52,159 nt of DNA from Thelocarpon superellum (taxonomy: Eukaryota). The notes under the pieces are model-generated. The model ran no database searches, had not been told where the DNA came from, and saw nothing but the letters and a program-made list of their open reading frames with translations. The position numbers were made by a program, and so were the translations under genes. Where the stretch lies: the NCBI GenBank assembly GCA_026025795.1, contig JAPEUG010000084.1:1-52159 (forward strand). The letters run 5' to 3'. Positions 37,001 through 49,670 of the stretch are shown here, piece by piece (position 1 is the stretch's first letter; every line of letters begins with the position of its first letter).

Positions 37001-39177
37001 GTGATACGTCTCCATGCCACCGAGCAATTTCATATGGGCCAGACCACGGCGCAGGTGATGCCCGACCCGCTCCGCGCCAACACGGCCTTTGTCGTATGTG
37101 GCCCCGAGCTCTGCCAGCTCGCGTTGACGGGTCGTGAGCGTACGACGACAACGATTCATAGCATCTGGTTGAAGGACCACACGGAAGTACGGCCCTCCCC
37201 TGCGTCCTGCTTCCGTGCTCTCCCTGGCGGAGACATAGCTGATGGTGCGACGCAGCCGTCGTTCCGGCAAGGCAGCGTCGTCGCCCTGACTCGCATCTGC
37301 CTCTCAGCTCAGCTGGCGCACTCGGATCTGGGTGGGGCGCTCGTGCTGTTCTCGCGTGACCAGATGTTTCTCGCCGACCTCGACGAGATAGAGCTGACGG
37401 TGCCGCGACGGATGGCGATGGATGGCACACCGACGCGCATCCTGTTCTCTCCCCGCCTGAATCTCCTTGCGGTCGGCTACTCGCGCCACCGCGTGCCGGA
37501 GGCGTTGCCCGCCTCGTATGCGTCGCTCGCGGGCGCACGCGCTCGTGCGCGCATGACGTTGTCCTCGCTCCGCTTTTTCGATCTCGACCGGTGAGTGGTG
37601 CAAGTGGTGCGGCGGTGTGGTGCAAGACATGGGGTGCAGGCTCACTGACGGATGCAGCGATACCTGGGGCACCGACTCCAGCCAGGTCGAGTATTACGGC
37701 CGTGAATCCGAGGCGGCCGGCCGACCCACGCTGGGGCGCGCGGGGGAAGTGATCTACGGGCTCTTGGGTGTGTCTCTCCACGCGCATACCTGAGCGGAGT
37801 GGACTGCTGATCTCCTGCAGACTGGACGTGCACCGACGGCAAGGCCAAGTATCATTTCATCGTCGTGGTCACGGGCATGGCGCCGCAGGAGGCGTGTGTC
37901 TCGCCCGGACCGCAGGCGTGTGGACGGCTCCTCCTCCTCACCGTCGGCAAGATGGCAGATGGACGGATCGAGGTCAAGCAAAAATATGCCATTCCTCATG
38001 AGCAGCCGGTATACGCGATCGCGGCCTTTGGCCCCAGGTATGCCTCTTCTGCTCGTCCTTCGGGCCATGGGTGTGGCGATGGACGACGGCGGCTGACGGT
38101 ACGTCTGCCGTAGCTCTCTGGTGACCTGTGCCGGGACGGAGATCTGCCTGCGTCGACTGAATATCGCGGAACGTCGGTATGTCTCACGTCTCTCGTCCCA
38201 CGTGTGACATGATCCATGCTGAGCGAGCACTAGGTGGGAGCGGGTGGCACAATATTCCATTCGTTCGCCGTGCCTCTACGTGTCCGCGGCGGAGCCCTTC
38301 ATCTACGTCACCACGGCCGGCGATTCGGTGCTCGTCTTCAAAGTGGAGGGGAACCGGCTCATACATTACTACGGGTGCGCTCGAGCCTTTGGTTCTATCG
38401 GCCGATGATGCGCTGACGGACTGGTGTTTCCAGGGACTCGTCGGCGCGGGCCGGCCAGTCGCATCTCGTCGTCCCTGGCTCGAACGTGGTGCTCGCGACA
38501 GATAAAGAGTCGACCCTGGTCGGGCTCTGGCATCCCAGCTGTGAGTCGTTGCAAAGGGGTCGAGGGTAGCCGTACGGCAGGGATCTGACTGACGCGACGC
38601 AGACCGACGCAATTGCCACAGCATGGAGGTGCTCTTCGAGGCGGAGATGCCCCAGACCATCACGAAGCTCCGCTTCACCGCGGCACAGCCGTCGTGGCGA
38701 GTGGTGGAGGCGCTGCCCGGGATCGTGCGTGTGGGGCGAGCGGAGGCGCCGGCGGAGATTCTGGGCAGTTGCCTGGACGGATCCATGTGCCAAGTCATGC
38801 TTCTCTCGGAGCCGGCGTGGCGTCTGCTCCGCTTCATGCAGAATCTGTGTTCGCGCTCGCGCCGGCTCTCGCCCTTTGGCGACGTGCTCAACAGCCGGTG
38901 CCACGTGGAGCCGCAGTCGTCGCCGCCGCGCTTCCGACACGTCAATGGCGATGTGCTGATGCGCGTGCTGGAGGCCGGCCCGTCGGCGCTCCACGACATG
39001 TTGAACGCGCCCAACGCCGAGCAGGAGCACGGGGCCCTGGCGCCCGACTTTGATTCACCGCACGCCCGCTTGCAGCGCTTTGCCGTCTTGGTTGGTGAGT
39101 TGCTCGAAACTCATCCGGCCGACCCTGTCGAGGCGGCCATGGCGTATCTGGGCAAGGTGCTCCAGCCGCTCTTTTAG
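34043..39177 (+). CDS. MMS1: Mms1/DDB1/CPSF-A-like multi-beta-propeller protein ('thermotolerance protein')
   Basis: IRWIIPARIRHQDHNDVVFVG, GKHIAIDPKSRAMAVSA, WNPMRDF, RVFACAGRG...ITELRRGLEA and a C-terminal RHVNGDVLMR. Sixteen exons join in frame via 15 GT-AG introns. The family is recognised; strict orthology to yeast Mms1 is inferred. Confidence 0.75.
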
Positions 39178-40246
39178 GGCGGATCGTGCCCTCCACTGGG
39201 GAGGATAGACTAGAGATGGGAGAGTTGTGATAGACGCAAGAGAGATGACTGGTTCTGCAACATGCGGGGTGCGGTGGCATATGACGCAGACGTGGTCCAG
39301 CATTCGCATCTGGCCTTCTACGGCGGCCCTCACGTTGGAGTCGCTGGAGGCTCCGAGGAGGTCGGATTTTGGACCGTCCACGAAGTGCGGCACCACGGCT
39401 GGCAGGAGTAGCAGGTCTGGGGTGAAGATTCCTCAATTCCGACTCCCATCGCGGAGCTCCTTGATGACTCCTCACCCGCTGCGTCATCGTCGCCCTACCT
39501 ACACCCTGGCGGTAAGTTGCTACCTAATGAAGCAACCAACAAACGGTTGAGGAAGGAATGAATCCCACAAGCACCAATGAAAGTTTCCGATCTAGGAATT
39601 CCTTCGCTGCAGCCCGGCCGGCGACCCTGCCTCGCGACAACGGGAGATCGGCTCAAGCGACGACAAGCCTTTTGAATATGAATCCATTGTTGATTCATAG
39701 CTTGTCAGCATGCGAAAGCGCGAGTTGCAAGACTGACCAAGCTTGGACGGACTGCGGAGCAACGTTCCAAAAGCAAGGCCATTCCGTAAGTATCCGAATG
39801 TAGGCGAATGGAGCAAGGACGGCAATGATTGCAGCAATGAGCCAGCCCTTCTTGATAGGAGATCTGTCCCCCAGAACGGTATGATCATGATGACCAGGCT
39901 CAGATCAGTCATCGCGCAGCTCTGCAGCAAGATCCAGAGTCCATGATTGTCGTAGGTCCTTTCTCATGTGGCGCATACTGCCACGCCATACCACACAATG
40001 GAATGGCCACAATTACTGTGACAACCAAATTTACCCACATGAGGACGGTATCGCTCTAGACATCTCAGTCAGCTAACATTGGTGTCATGGAAAAGCCAGC
40101 CCCGACGCTTACACTCATCCGTCTCTTCCTTGTTGTCGTCGCTGCTTGCGCGGCATCACCAAGTCTTTGCAACAGCTCATCCCTACTTTTGCACTCGTCA
40201 GCCTGGCAGCATTGCAGTTGATCAGCGCCGCTCAAGAAAGACGACC

Positions 40247-41030
40247 TCACCAGGTGGAAGCGAGTCTGAGCGTGTCACCTCTGGCGTGGCACTCTTCCAC
40301 CATCAGATCTAACTGCCGCCACCTTGCTCGCACCGGCGGCGCGTTCATCTGGGTTGTATTTCGCCCCGATCTGTTGCCTTGACCAGTAGGTTGGCAACTC
40401 GGACTGATCGTGATTTCACACTTGGCAAGGTCTTGATAAACAACTGGTAGAGCGGTGGGTTTTTCCAGCCCGTTCTGGTCCATCTCCAGATATTGGATCG
40501 GAAGGCTCGTGGCGATAGACCGTTATTTGACGAAACAGCGATTCGCGAAGTAGAAGCGCTCGATATCGTAACCACCCAAGGCGCTTTAATTGCAGTCCTG
40601 CAAAAGATACTCCGTCTCCTGCACGTCGTCAGGGGCTCGTTGTCGTGACTGTACATCGTTCGTCGCTATCCTGCCCGACACATCGTTTTGGAGCGCGGCT
40701 TGCACGATCTCGACGCACGTCACCTTGAGGGGGTATAGAGCGACAGGAGGGTCCTGCAAGCTCTTCCTTTAATGGCTTACATGACTTCGCTCGACTATCC
40801 AACGTGGCAAGGTTGGACTGTGGAGATGGGTCAATGCAAGCATCACCAAGTCCACAGGACCTACCTGATTGAGCAAGACCAGCATCTGGCTGGCGTCAAT
40901 GGCGAGCGGAAGATCGCTGGATTAGCTGCGTGTCGGAAGACGAAGTAGTCAACGGCATGACTGCAAGAGCAGAGCCGCCAAGGAGTAAGGCGACGACGAA
41001 GTGTGCGGCTAGGCGGATGCAATGGACGTT
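40247..41030 (-). pseudogene. Probable decayed small secreted protein gene
   Basis: Signal-peptide-like stretch lacking an in-frame ATG (RLAAHFVVALLLGGSALA) and a well-formed 47-nt intron at 40864-40818. One frame (40759-40247) is broken by TAA at 40588 and 40525. Confidence 0.4.
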
Positions 41031-41878
41031 GTCGATTCGCGAGGATATCGTGATGCAGAAGAATTCTGAAGCTTGTCTGAAGCGCTGGAGCTCTGCTAGC
41101 TGCCATGCGTGGCTCGCTAGACTAGGGGTGAGCCATCACATGACTTCTCCTTATTTCCACTCGTGGGCCCCTGGCCGAAAGAGCGAAAGAGCGGAGGAGC
41201 GTGGCGACAGAGGATGGTAAGATAGGGTGAGCAGGGTGGCAAGTAAGCGAGCCCTATTCCTGAATAGAGAGGGGCAACATTTAAGGTCTCCCACCGGCCA
41301 GGTATATACATGGCTTGCAGCATCCAGAAGCTCATCAACTCATCAAGTATGTGCGTTTGACGTGAGAGTTGGGGTGCGCAGGCTTCTGTCCGCTAACGGC
41401 AAGACACCCCACCTACGGCAGCCTGCATCACCCATCCCCGCCCTTCCCACACGGCCGCTCCACGTCTAATCTTTTTGCCCACCTCGGCACGCGTGCACGT
41501 CTCAGGTCAATCATCGGGATCGGTGCATACATCAAACGAGCGCAGCCAACGACACGGAGTTCTCTTAGTACTCTCATCGGCAGTTGGGGCACGGTGAACA
41601 GCACACAGTGCAAGAAATTGTAAAAGTGGGCCGACGGAAATCATCCCGGGCCTCGCTGGTCACACAGCTCGACAGCTATACGGGTGCAGCTGTCATAGCA
41701 TCGTCCTCGCCCACTTCCACTTCCGCACGACGGTCCTTACCACCCCGCCACTACCGTAGCCCTCCTCTTGTCGCTGACTACAGACTCCATTCTGGCATCA
41801 CCGCGGCTGTTTCCGCGACGAGTCTGGTGAGGGTTGTCAAGCTAGAAGCTGGATTGACCCACGCCACGACCGCCCATC

Positions 41879-44800
41879 ATGCCTCCCAAAAAGAAAGGAA
41901 ACAAGAAGGGGAACGATGACTGGGAGGAAGAGCTCGGCGAGTCCGTCGACCCCGTTCCTGTCGCCGCCCTACAGCCCGAAGACGACGCCGCCGCCACCCC
42001 CGCGGCTGAAGACGATGACGCCAGCGCCGGCATGGGCGGCCTCATGGCGGCCATCAAGAAGAACAAGTCGAAGAAGCAGAAGAAGGGCAAAGTCGTCGAG
42101 GACTTTGTCCAAGGGGAAGACCCCACCACCGGCGGTGCCTCGGCCCTCAATGGCGATGACGCTCTCGCCGCCAAAGCTCCCCAAGAGGCTGACCTGGATG
42201 AGGACGAATTTGCCGCCCCGGTGAAGAAGGGCAAAGGCGGCCCGCAGAAGAAGCCGGCTCCCGTGCATGAGGAGCCAGACGACGACGGCGAGGATGCCGG
42301 CGGGCGCATGAAGAGCAAAAAGGAAAAGGAGAAGGAGAAGAAGGAGCGGGAGAAGCAGCGCAAGAAGGAGCAGGTTAGTCGGTCGTGGCCACCGCCGCCA
42401 TTCCTCACTGACCAGGATGACGCGTATAGGCCGCCAAGAAGAAGACGGCCGCACCCGCTCCCGACGCTCCTGTCGCCACCGCCGCCGCCGCTGCCGCTGC
42501 TCCGGTCGAGCCGATGAAACCCAAAGCCACCCCCGAAGCAAAGGCTGACGCCGCTGCCGATGCCGGAAAGAAGAAAAAGTTACCCCCTGCCTTGGCCGCG
42601 CTCCAGAAACAACGGGAGGCCTTGCGCCTCCAGGAAGAGGAGCAGGCCAAGGTAGAAGCCGAAGAGAGGGCGCGGGTCGAGGAGGAGGAGCGCCAGCTGG
42701 CGGCGGAGGAGAAGAAACGTGAGGAGGCCCGCGCCTTGAAGAAGCACAAGGAAAAGGAGAAGAAGGAGCAGCTTCGGAAAGAGGGCAAGCTCTTGACCAA
42801 GGCGCAGAAGGAGCAGCTGGCGCGCAATGAGCTGCGCAAGCAGCAGATGCTGGCCGCCGGTGGCCGAGTGGCCGGCCTCGAGGAGGGTCATGAGAAGAAG
42901 CGACCGGTCTATGAGAAGAAGAAGCGGGGCAAGAAGGACCCGGCCGAGGCCAAGGCCGACGAGGCCAAGGCCGAAGAAGAGGCGCGACGGCGGGAAGAGG
43001 CCGAGCAGCTAGAACGGGAGCAAGCCGAGAAGGCGGCCTTGGAGAATGGTGTCGCCAAATCCGAGTTGGCCGTGGAGGAGAGCGACGGCATCGACGACGA
43101 CTGGGACACGGCGGCTGCCAAAGCCGAGGGCGTCAAGGAGAGCTGGGATCTCTCCTCCGAAGAGGAGGAGGAGGAGGAGGAGCGGAATGACGTGGCCAGG
43201 GCGCCCAATGGTACGCGGGTCAAAGCTTCGACTAACAAGGCTGCCCCCGCACCGAGAGAGGTGCCCGTCCATCAAACGAAGCTAAAGTCTGCAGGGATGA
43301 ACGGATCCAGCCAGATCACGACGTCGCAGGAGAAGAGTACCGCGCAAGACGCCGACTCGGACTCGGATGATGACTCGTCTGAGGGAGAGGCCACCACGGT
43401 CGCACAACGCGTCGCGGCGCAGAGGAAGGAAGAGGCGGCGGAGCGACGGCGCAAGCAGCACGAGGAGGCCTTGGCCGCCCGGTCCAAGGATGACCTCCGC
43501 TCGCCCATCTGTTGCATCCTGGGTCACGTGGACACGGGGAAGACGAAGCTGCTGGACAAGGTCCGACAGACCAACGTGCAAGAGGGCGAAGCCGGTGGGA
43601 TCACGCAGCAGATTGGCGCCACCTATTTCCCCGTCGACGCCATCAGGCAGAAGACGCAGGTGGTCAACCCCGACGGTGCCTTTGAGTTCAAAGTGCCGGG
43701 CCTGCTGGTGATTGACACGCCGGGGCACGAGTCCTTCACGAATCTTCGGTCGCGTGGGTCGTCGCTGTGTAACATTGCCATCCTGGTGGTGGACATCATG
43801 CACGGACTAGAGCCGCAGACGCTCGAGTCGATGCGTCTGCTGCGAGATCGGAAGACGCCGTTCATCGTCGCCTTAAACAAGATCGACCGTCTGTACGGGT
43901 GGAAGCCGATCGCCAACAATGGCTTCCAAGACAGCCTGGCGAATCAGAACAAGGGGGTGCATAACGAGTTCGCCGATCGACTGAACCACACGAGATTGGC
44001 GTTCGCCGAGCAGGTACGGACGCGGCTTCGAGGATCATGGTGGAGCTGACCGGGACAGGGCTTCAACGCGGAGTTGTACTACGAGAACAAATCGATGGCC
44101 CGGAATGTCTCGTTGGTGCCAACGTCGGCACACACGGGCGAGGGGATCCCGGATATGCTCAAGCTCCTGGTGCAGCTGACGCAGGAACGCATGACGAATA
44201 AGCTCATGTATCTGTCGGAGGTCGAGTGTACGGTGCTGGAGGTCAAGGTGATTGAGGGACTGGGGACGACGATCGACGTCGTGCTCTCCAACGGCATCAT
44301 CCGCGAGGGCGACCGGATCGTCATGTGTGGGCTGAACGGACCGATCGCGACCAACGTGCGCGCCCTGCTGACGCCGGCGCCGCTGCGCGAGCTGCGACTC
44401 AAGTCCCAATACGTGCACAACAAAGAGGTCAAGGCGTCGTTGGGCGTCAAGATTGCCGCCAACGACCTCGAACATGCGATCGCGGGTTCCCGCATGCTGG
44501 TGGTGGGGCCGGACGACGACGAGGAAGACCTGGAGGAGGAGGTCATGTCGGATCTGGAGAACCTACTGAGCAAGGTGTCGACGACGGGACGAGGCGTGAG
44601 CGTGCAAGCGTCGACGCTGGGCTCGCTCGAGGCGCTGCTAGAGTTCCTGCGGACGTCGAAGATCCCCGTGGCCAACATCTCCATCGGGCCGGTGTACAAG
44701 CGCGACGTGATGCAGGCAGGCATCATGCTGGAGAAGGCCAAGGAATACGCCATCATGTTGTGTTTCGACGTCAAGGTGGACAAAGAAGCGCAGCAATACG

Positions 44801-45399
44801 CCGACGACGTGGGCGTCAAGGTCTTCACGGCCAACATCATCTACCATCTCTTCGACGACTTCACCAAGCACATGGCGCAGATCGTCGAGGCCAAAAAGGA
44901 AGAGAGCAAGCTCTTGGCCGTGTTTCCCTGCGTCCTGACACCCGTGGCCGTCTTCAACAAGAAAGATCCCATCGTCGTCGGCGTCGATGTCACCGAGGGC
45001 AGTCTTCGACTACTGACGCCCATTGCCGCTGTCAAGACCAATCCCGTGACGGGGGTGAAGGAGATCGTCAACCTCGGGAGAGTGTAAGCACACCACCCAC
45101 CAAGTTTCGCTCCCTCTCCCTTCCTGCACTCGTATACTGACGTACGACCTGACAGATCATCCATCGAGCGCGACCACAAGCAGATACCAATGGTGAAGAA
45201 GGGCCAGCCCAGCGTAGCGGTCAAGATTGAAGGACCGAACCAGCCGCTGTACGGCCGACAGCTGGAAGAGAAAGATGTGCTGTATTCGCTTCTATCGCGC
45301 CAGAGCATCGACACGCTCAAGGAGTTCTATCGTGCCGATGTCTCCATGGACGAGTGGGCATTGATTAAGAAGTTGAAGCCTTCTTTTGATATTCCATGA
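41879..45399 (+). CDS. FUN12: Translation initiation factor eIF5B
   Basis: Charged N-terminus, then G domain [32 protein letters not shown] and NKID. Exons 41879-42373, 42430-44013, 44059-45083 and 45156-45399. Confidence 0.97.
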
Positions 45400-46090
45400 G
45401 GGGTCGATTCTTGCCCATGGACGCGGGACGTGGGAGGTCATGTGTACGAATCTAATAACGGTATTGCACGAGGGGAAGTGCGAGAGAGAGAGTTGGGAGA
45501 GGGGGGCGGGTTTGGCTTTATGAACGTGAATGGATGGACTGATGGACCACTTGATGGACGGTGGACCCTGATGATGGGGATGAGCATGAGCATGAGCATG
45601 ATGAATGGATAGGTCAGGTATCGTGAGATACTGTGTACATAGAAGCGAGGACAGTCTCACAAAACGCATTCACTCTTCACGGCTTTACGGCTTTGCGGAT
45701 TTCCGGCTTTACAACCGCTGCAGACCGAGAGGGAGTTGGAAGAGTTCAGAGGTGATGATGATGATGTTGATGATATGATACGGTACAATTTCGTCCAGTG
45801 GCAGTGGCAGTGGGCGTGTATGTCCCGAGGAAGAGCCTATTAGACTATCCTCTGTCGGTGTGCATGTATTAGGGTAGAAGGAAACGGAGATGGACCTGCC
45901 TTGATGGACACGTAAAAATAAGACGAAAGGAACTGGACATGGACAAATGAAACATGAGCCAGTGAGGGGATGAGTGGTATGGCTTTTCCTTTCCCCTCTC
46001 TCCTTTCATTCACTTCCCTCCCTCCATTCACTCTTGTCAACCATTACATCCAACCCCTTCTTCCAATCCAAAAACAAGCATGTTCCCTCC

Positions 46091-48124
46091 CTAATCCTTC
46101 TTACGTGAGAACTCAGACGAACAACGAGGACTCGTCTCAATCACGCTGCTGTCAGGCGTAGAGATCGAATCCGTAGGCGTGCGGGGCGGGTCATCGGGGA
46201 TATCTCGCGTCCTGGACGGTGAGGAGGAGCTGTCGGAGAGTTTATGGTGGGACGTCGGTGATGAAGAGGCAGAGGTAGAAGTAGAGTTAGAGGAGGAGGC
46301 GTGGAGGACGGTATATTGATTGAATCGGTATTGGAATCCGTCCGCCACCGGTGGTGCAATGTCGCTTCGACTGTCGACGTCGACGTCGCTTCGCTCGCCA
46401 TCGTCAGAGATGTAGGTTGGTGGTGGTTCATCGTCGAGACTGTAGCTATACCCTTCGCTTCCTTCCAATGACGAGGGGGCCAGGGGCCGGCGCGGTGTGA
46501 AGGGTTGCGGGCGGTAGGGGTGCGCGTAGGGAAGGAAATGTGGTTGAGGGTGGGAGTGGGGGTGGGATAGAGGAAGGGGGAGGGGATGAGATGGCGGAGG
46601 GCTTCGGGACGGAGACGAGCCCTGTGGACTGGTGATGGCCTGAACAAAATCCGCGGCCTGCCGCAGGTCTTGGATCTCGGCACGCATGGCGTCTTCGAGG
46701 ATGGATTCCTGGTCGCGGACGAGCGTGCGCTTCTCCTCGTCCGCCAGCGGTTTCTGCTTGCCGTGCCACACCTTCGACCACCATTGTCGCAGCGCCTGCC
46801 GTTGCTCGGCCCGTCTCATCTGTCGTGCTTGCCGTCGGCTCTCGCGGATCCAGCGCCGGTCGGCGTGTGCGCTGGGATCGCAGTAGTGGCGGTGCGTGAG
46901 GAGATAGATGAGGATGCTCCCGACCGCGACGAGGCCGAAGATCTTCAAGGCTTTGCCCCGGTTGTGTTGCGGGAAAGCAGGGTGGGGACGGGGCGATTCG
47001 CGGTGCGGGTGGGCTTCATAGAGGTCTTGGATCTCTTGGGGGATTGTGGCCGTCGTTGTCAAGATCTCAGGCAGGCGATGTCCGTGATGGTGCTCGTCTC
47101 CTCCCTGTCCTTGCACCATCTGCTGCCAGTACATCGACCATTTCTGGTGCTGGGCCGGCGTGTGATGGAAATGCTTCTCCTTCATCCTCGAGCAAAACGT
47201 GGCGAAGGCACCGTGGGCATGCTGGGCCACCTTCTCCGCAACACACTTGATGCCATCACAGTGCTTCAGCTGCTCATGCAGCGTCGGCGCTTCATTATAT
47301 CTTTGCGCGCTCACCAACTGCCCCAGGTGCCAGACGAACTGGCTGTAGTCGTGCACATCCTGCTTCATACGCTCCACGTCTTTGGCAAAGTCCTCCATCG
47401 GCGGGGCCACGGAAGGCGTGACGTGGACTCGAACTTCCGGAGCCGGATCGGTCCAGGTTTTGAGGCTGTCGACATCGGGGAAGACCACGTCTGGTAGGAG
47501 CCGGAGAAGTTCCGGATCAGGGCCCCGGTTATATGATGCGGTGAAGCCGTGACGTCCCACCACGTCTTTCCCGCCAATGCGAACAATGTACGCCGTCAGG
47601 ATTTCGGTTGAGCGCTCTTCGGCGGTCTCATTCCCGTCCTTGGTGGGTAAGATACACGAAGTCGTCCAGTCGAGAATGACCTCCCATTGGTCATTGCCCG
47701 ATTCTACGACAAGAGAGAGCTTGTCCTGGTCCTCGCCATTCTCGGCATTGGAAGGTTGTTCGATGGCCAAGCCGTCCAGGAATGCAACAGTGCCGACACA
47801 TCCAGGAGCCGAGGGTGCGATTTGGAGGTCAAAGGTCTGTCATCTTGTGAGAGCGCGTACGTCAGGCGGGACAGCGAGCATACGATGGCTTGGTCGAGAA
47901 TAGGCTCGACGCCATCTCGGAAGAGGCCAAGGTGGGAGACGTTGAATCGGACTTCCGACGGATGACCTGCACGGCATCAGCTCATATTCTGCTTAATGAC
48001 GGAGAAGACACGCACGAGTCTCCAAAATAAAGGACCGGTCAAAGGATCCTGAAGACGGCGAGCTGGTCACAGTGGAGGCCAGGAGGACTCCGACCGCCCA
48101 CGCGGCACGGATGGGATTACGCAT
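46091..48124 (-). CDS. Uncharacterised type I membrane protein (about 645 aa) with PPxY motif
   Basis: Signal peptide MRNPIRAAWAVGVLLASTVTS. Exons 48124-48016, 47966-47884 and 47836-46091 join in frame. It has a single TM (IFGLVAVGSILIYLL), an Arg-rich juxtamembrane segment and EPPPTY in a Ser/Pro-rich tail. Confidence 0.8.
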
Positions 48125-48862
48125 AGTGGAGAAAGGAGCGATAGGCAGCAGCAAGGTCACTTTTGCCAATCACGGAACATCAACACTCGACATTTGATCG
48201 TGGAGCCCCTACGCTCCACACTGCTGGGCACGAGATGGAGATTTCTCGGCAGGCTCTTGCTGCCTGACGGAGGAGGCAATCCGGGGGAATGAGGGACGAG
48301 GATGCAATGAGATGACACGGGGTCCCCCAGGTTGTCATCTGGACCCGTGGTGGGCGGTGGGTGCCGGGTGGTGGTGGGCTGTGTAAGGCTGGGCTGCAAC
48401 ATGCGCGCCGCCCCTCGCGAATACGAGTGCTCGCCCTCCTGCCCGACCCGTATCGTACTCGCCCTGAGTCGGGCCCGCCATTCTCCCGAATCCGAGGGGC
48501 TCAAGATGCGGGCAAGGTACGGTACGAGACGCGGTTCCAACAACGAGTAGAGACTGCCTCAGCCCCATTATTGGCGGGCACGATGACTAGCGACGGATAT
48601 GCGGAGGGGCTGTCGTCGTCAGCTTTGCTTGGCTGGCTTGGCCGGCGGGAAGGAGGTCGAATCAAGCGGAACCACTCGTCAAATCTTGCAGCTTCCGCGT
48701 CCATCACCCCACGGCTAAACCTGCTGTGTTTTGTGTTCGGTCTCCATCGAGATCCTCCACGATAGAGAAATCATCGTCACTTTGGCGGACGACCTCGTGT
48801 TGCCGAGTAATCTCGGACTGCCCGTCAACTCAGTGCGAGTCCACGCGCACACAGCCAACGCG

Positions 48863-49434
48863 ATGGTCAGTCCTAAGTTTGCCTTCCCGGGAAGCCGAGC
48901 ACGCCTATGATCTGTACATGCTAACAATCCCAAGTTACCGTTAGGCTTGCTGAACGCCGCACAAGGCCATCCAATGCTCGTCGAGCTGAAGAATGGAGAG
49001 ACTCTGAACGGTCACTTGGTAAACTGCGATACTTGGATGAACTTGACGTTGAAAGAGGTCGTCCAGACTAGTCCCGTAGGTGAAATATTCTCCCCGCCTT
49101 GGCCATGTTCGCGTCCCAGGCTCATTCCTTGTTCGCATCAGGACGGAGACAAGTTTTTTCGCCTGCCCGAGGTCTACGTACGAGGAAATAATGTGAGCAA
49201 AGGTGGATGATCGTTTGGACCAGTGTCAGCTAACGGGCTCGCAAGATCAAATACTTACGAGTACCGGATGAGATCGTCGACTTAGTCAAAGACAATCAGC
49301 AACCCAACCATTCTACCAGTCGCGGGGGGCGAGGAGGTGGTCCGTCACGAGGTGATCATGCTAGTCGGGGTGATAGAGGAAGAGGTGGTCGTGCTGGGGG
49401 AGGACGTGGCCGAGGACGAGGCCGAGGCGGATAG
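48863..49434 (+). CDS. LSM4: U6 snRNA-associated / decapping Sm-like protein Lsm4
   Basis: [29 protein letters not shown]...[14 protein letters not shown] plus an RGG tail. Exons 48863-48865, 48935-49075, 49142-49192 and 49246-49434. Confidence 0.96.
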
Positions 49435-49670
49435 AGAACGCTTTCCTCACGTTGGCGCGCACAAGTCGTCATGCGTTGGGCCGAGCGACGAGCGTAGGGC
49501 TTCTCTCAGACTCTTTACCATCCTCAGGGGGGCAGCTTTGGTCAGGCGTTGGGCGAGGAGCCTGATGGCGTACGTAGAGACCTCACCATATCTGACCGGA
49601 GCAGCTTGAAGCACGTGATCTTGGTGTAAGACGATGGATCTCAACTTTGACCGTGTCCATCAACTGTCCA

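Noticed and set aside
34283..38602. Possible stwintrons or introner-like elements among the many introns
   Set aside because: Each intron I traced splices in one step with standard GT-AG and branch signals and restores the frame, and no shared sequence is visible between introns.
45570..45810. Short repeats (ATGAGC, GAT, CAGTGG) considered as a possible array
   Set aside because: They are simple microsatellites in a 3' intergenic region, with no repeat-spacer organisation and no terminal repeats.
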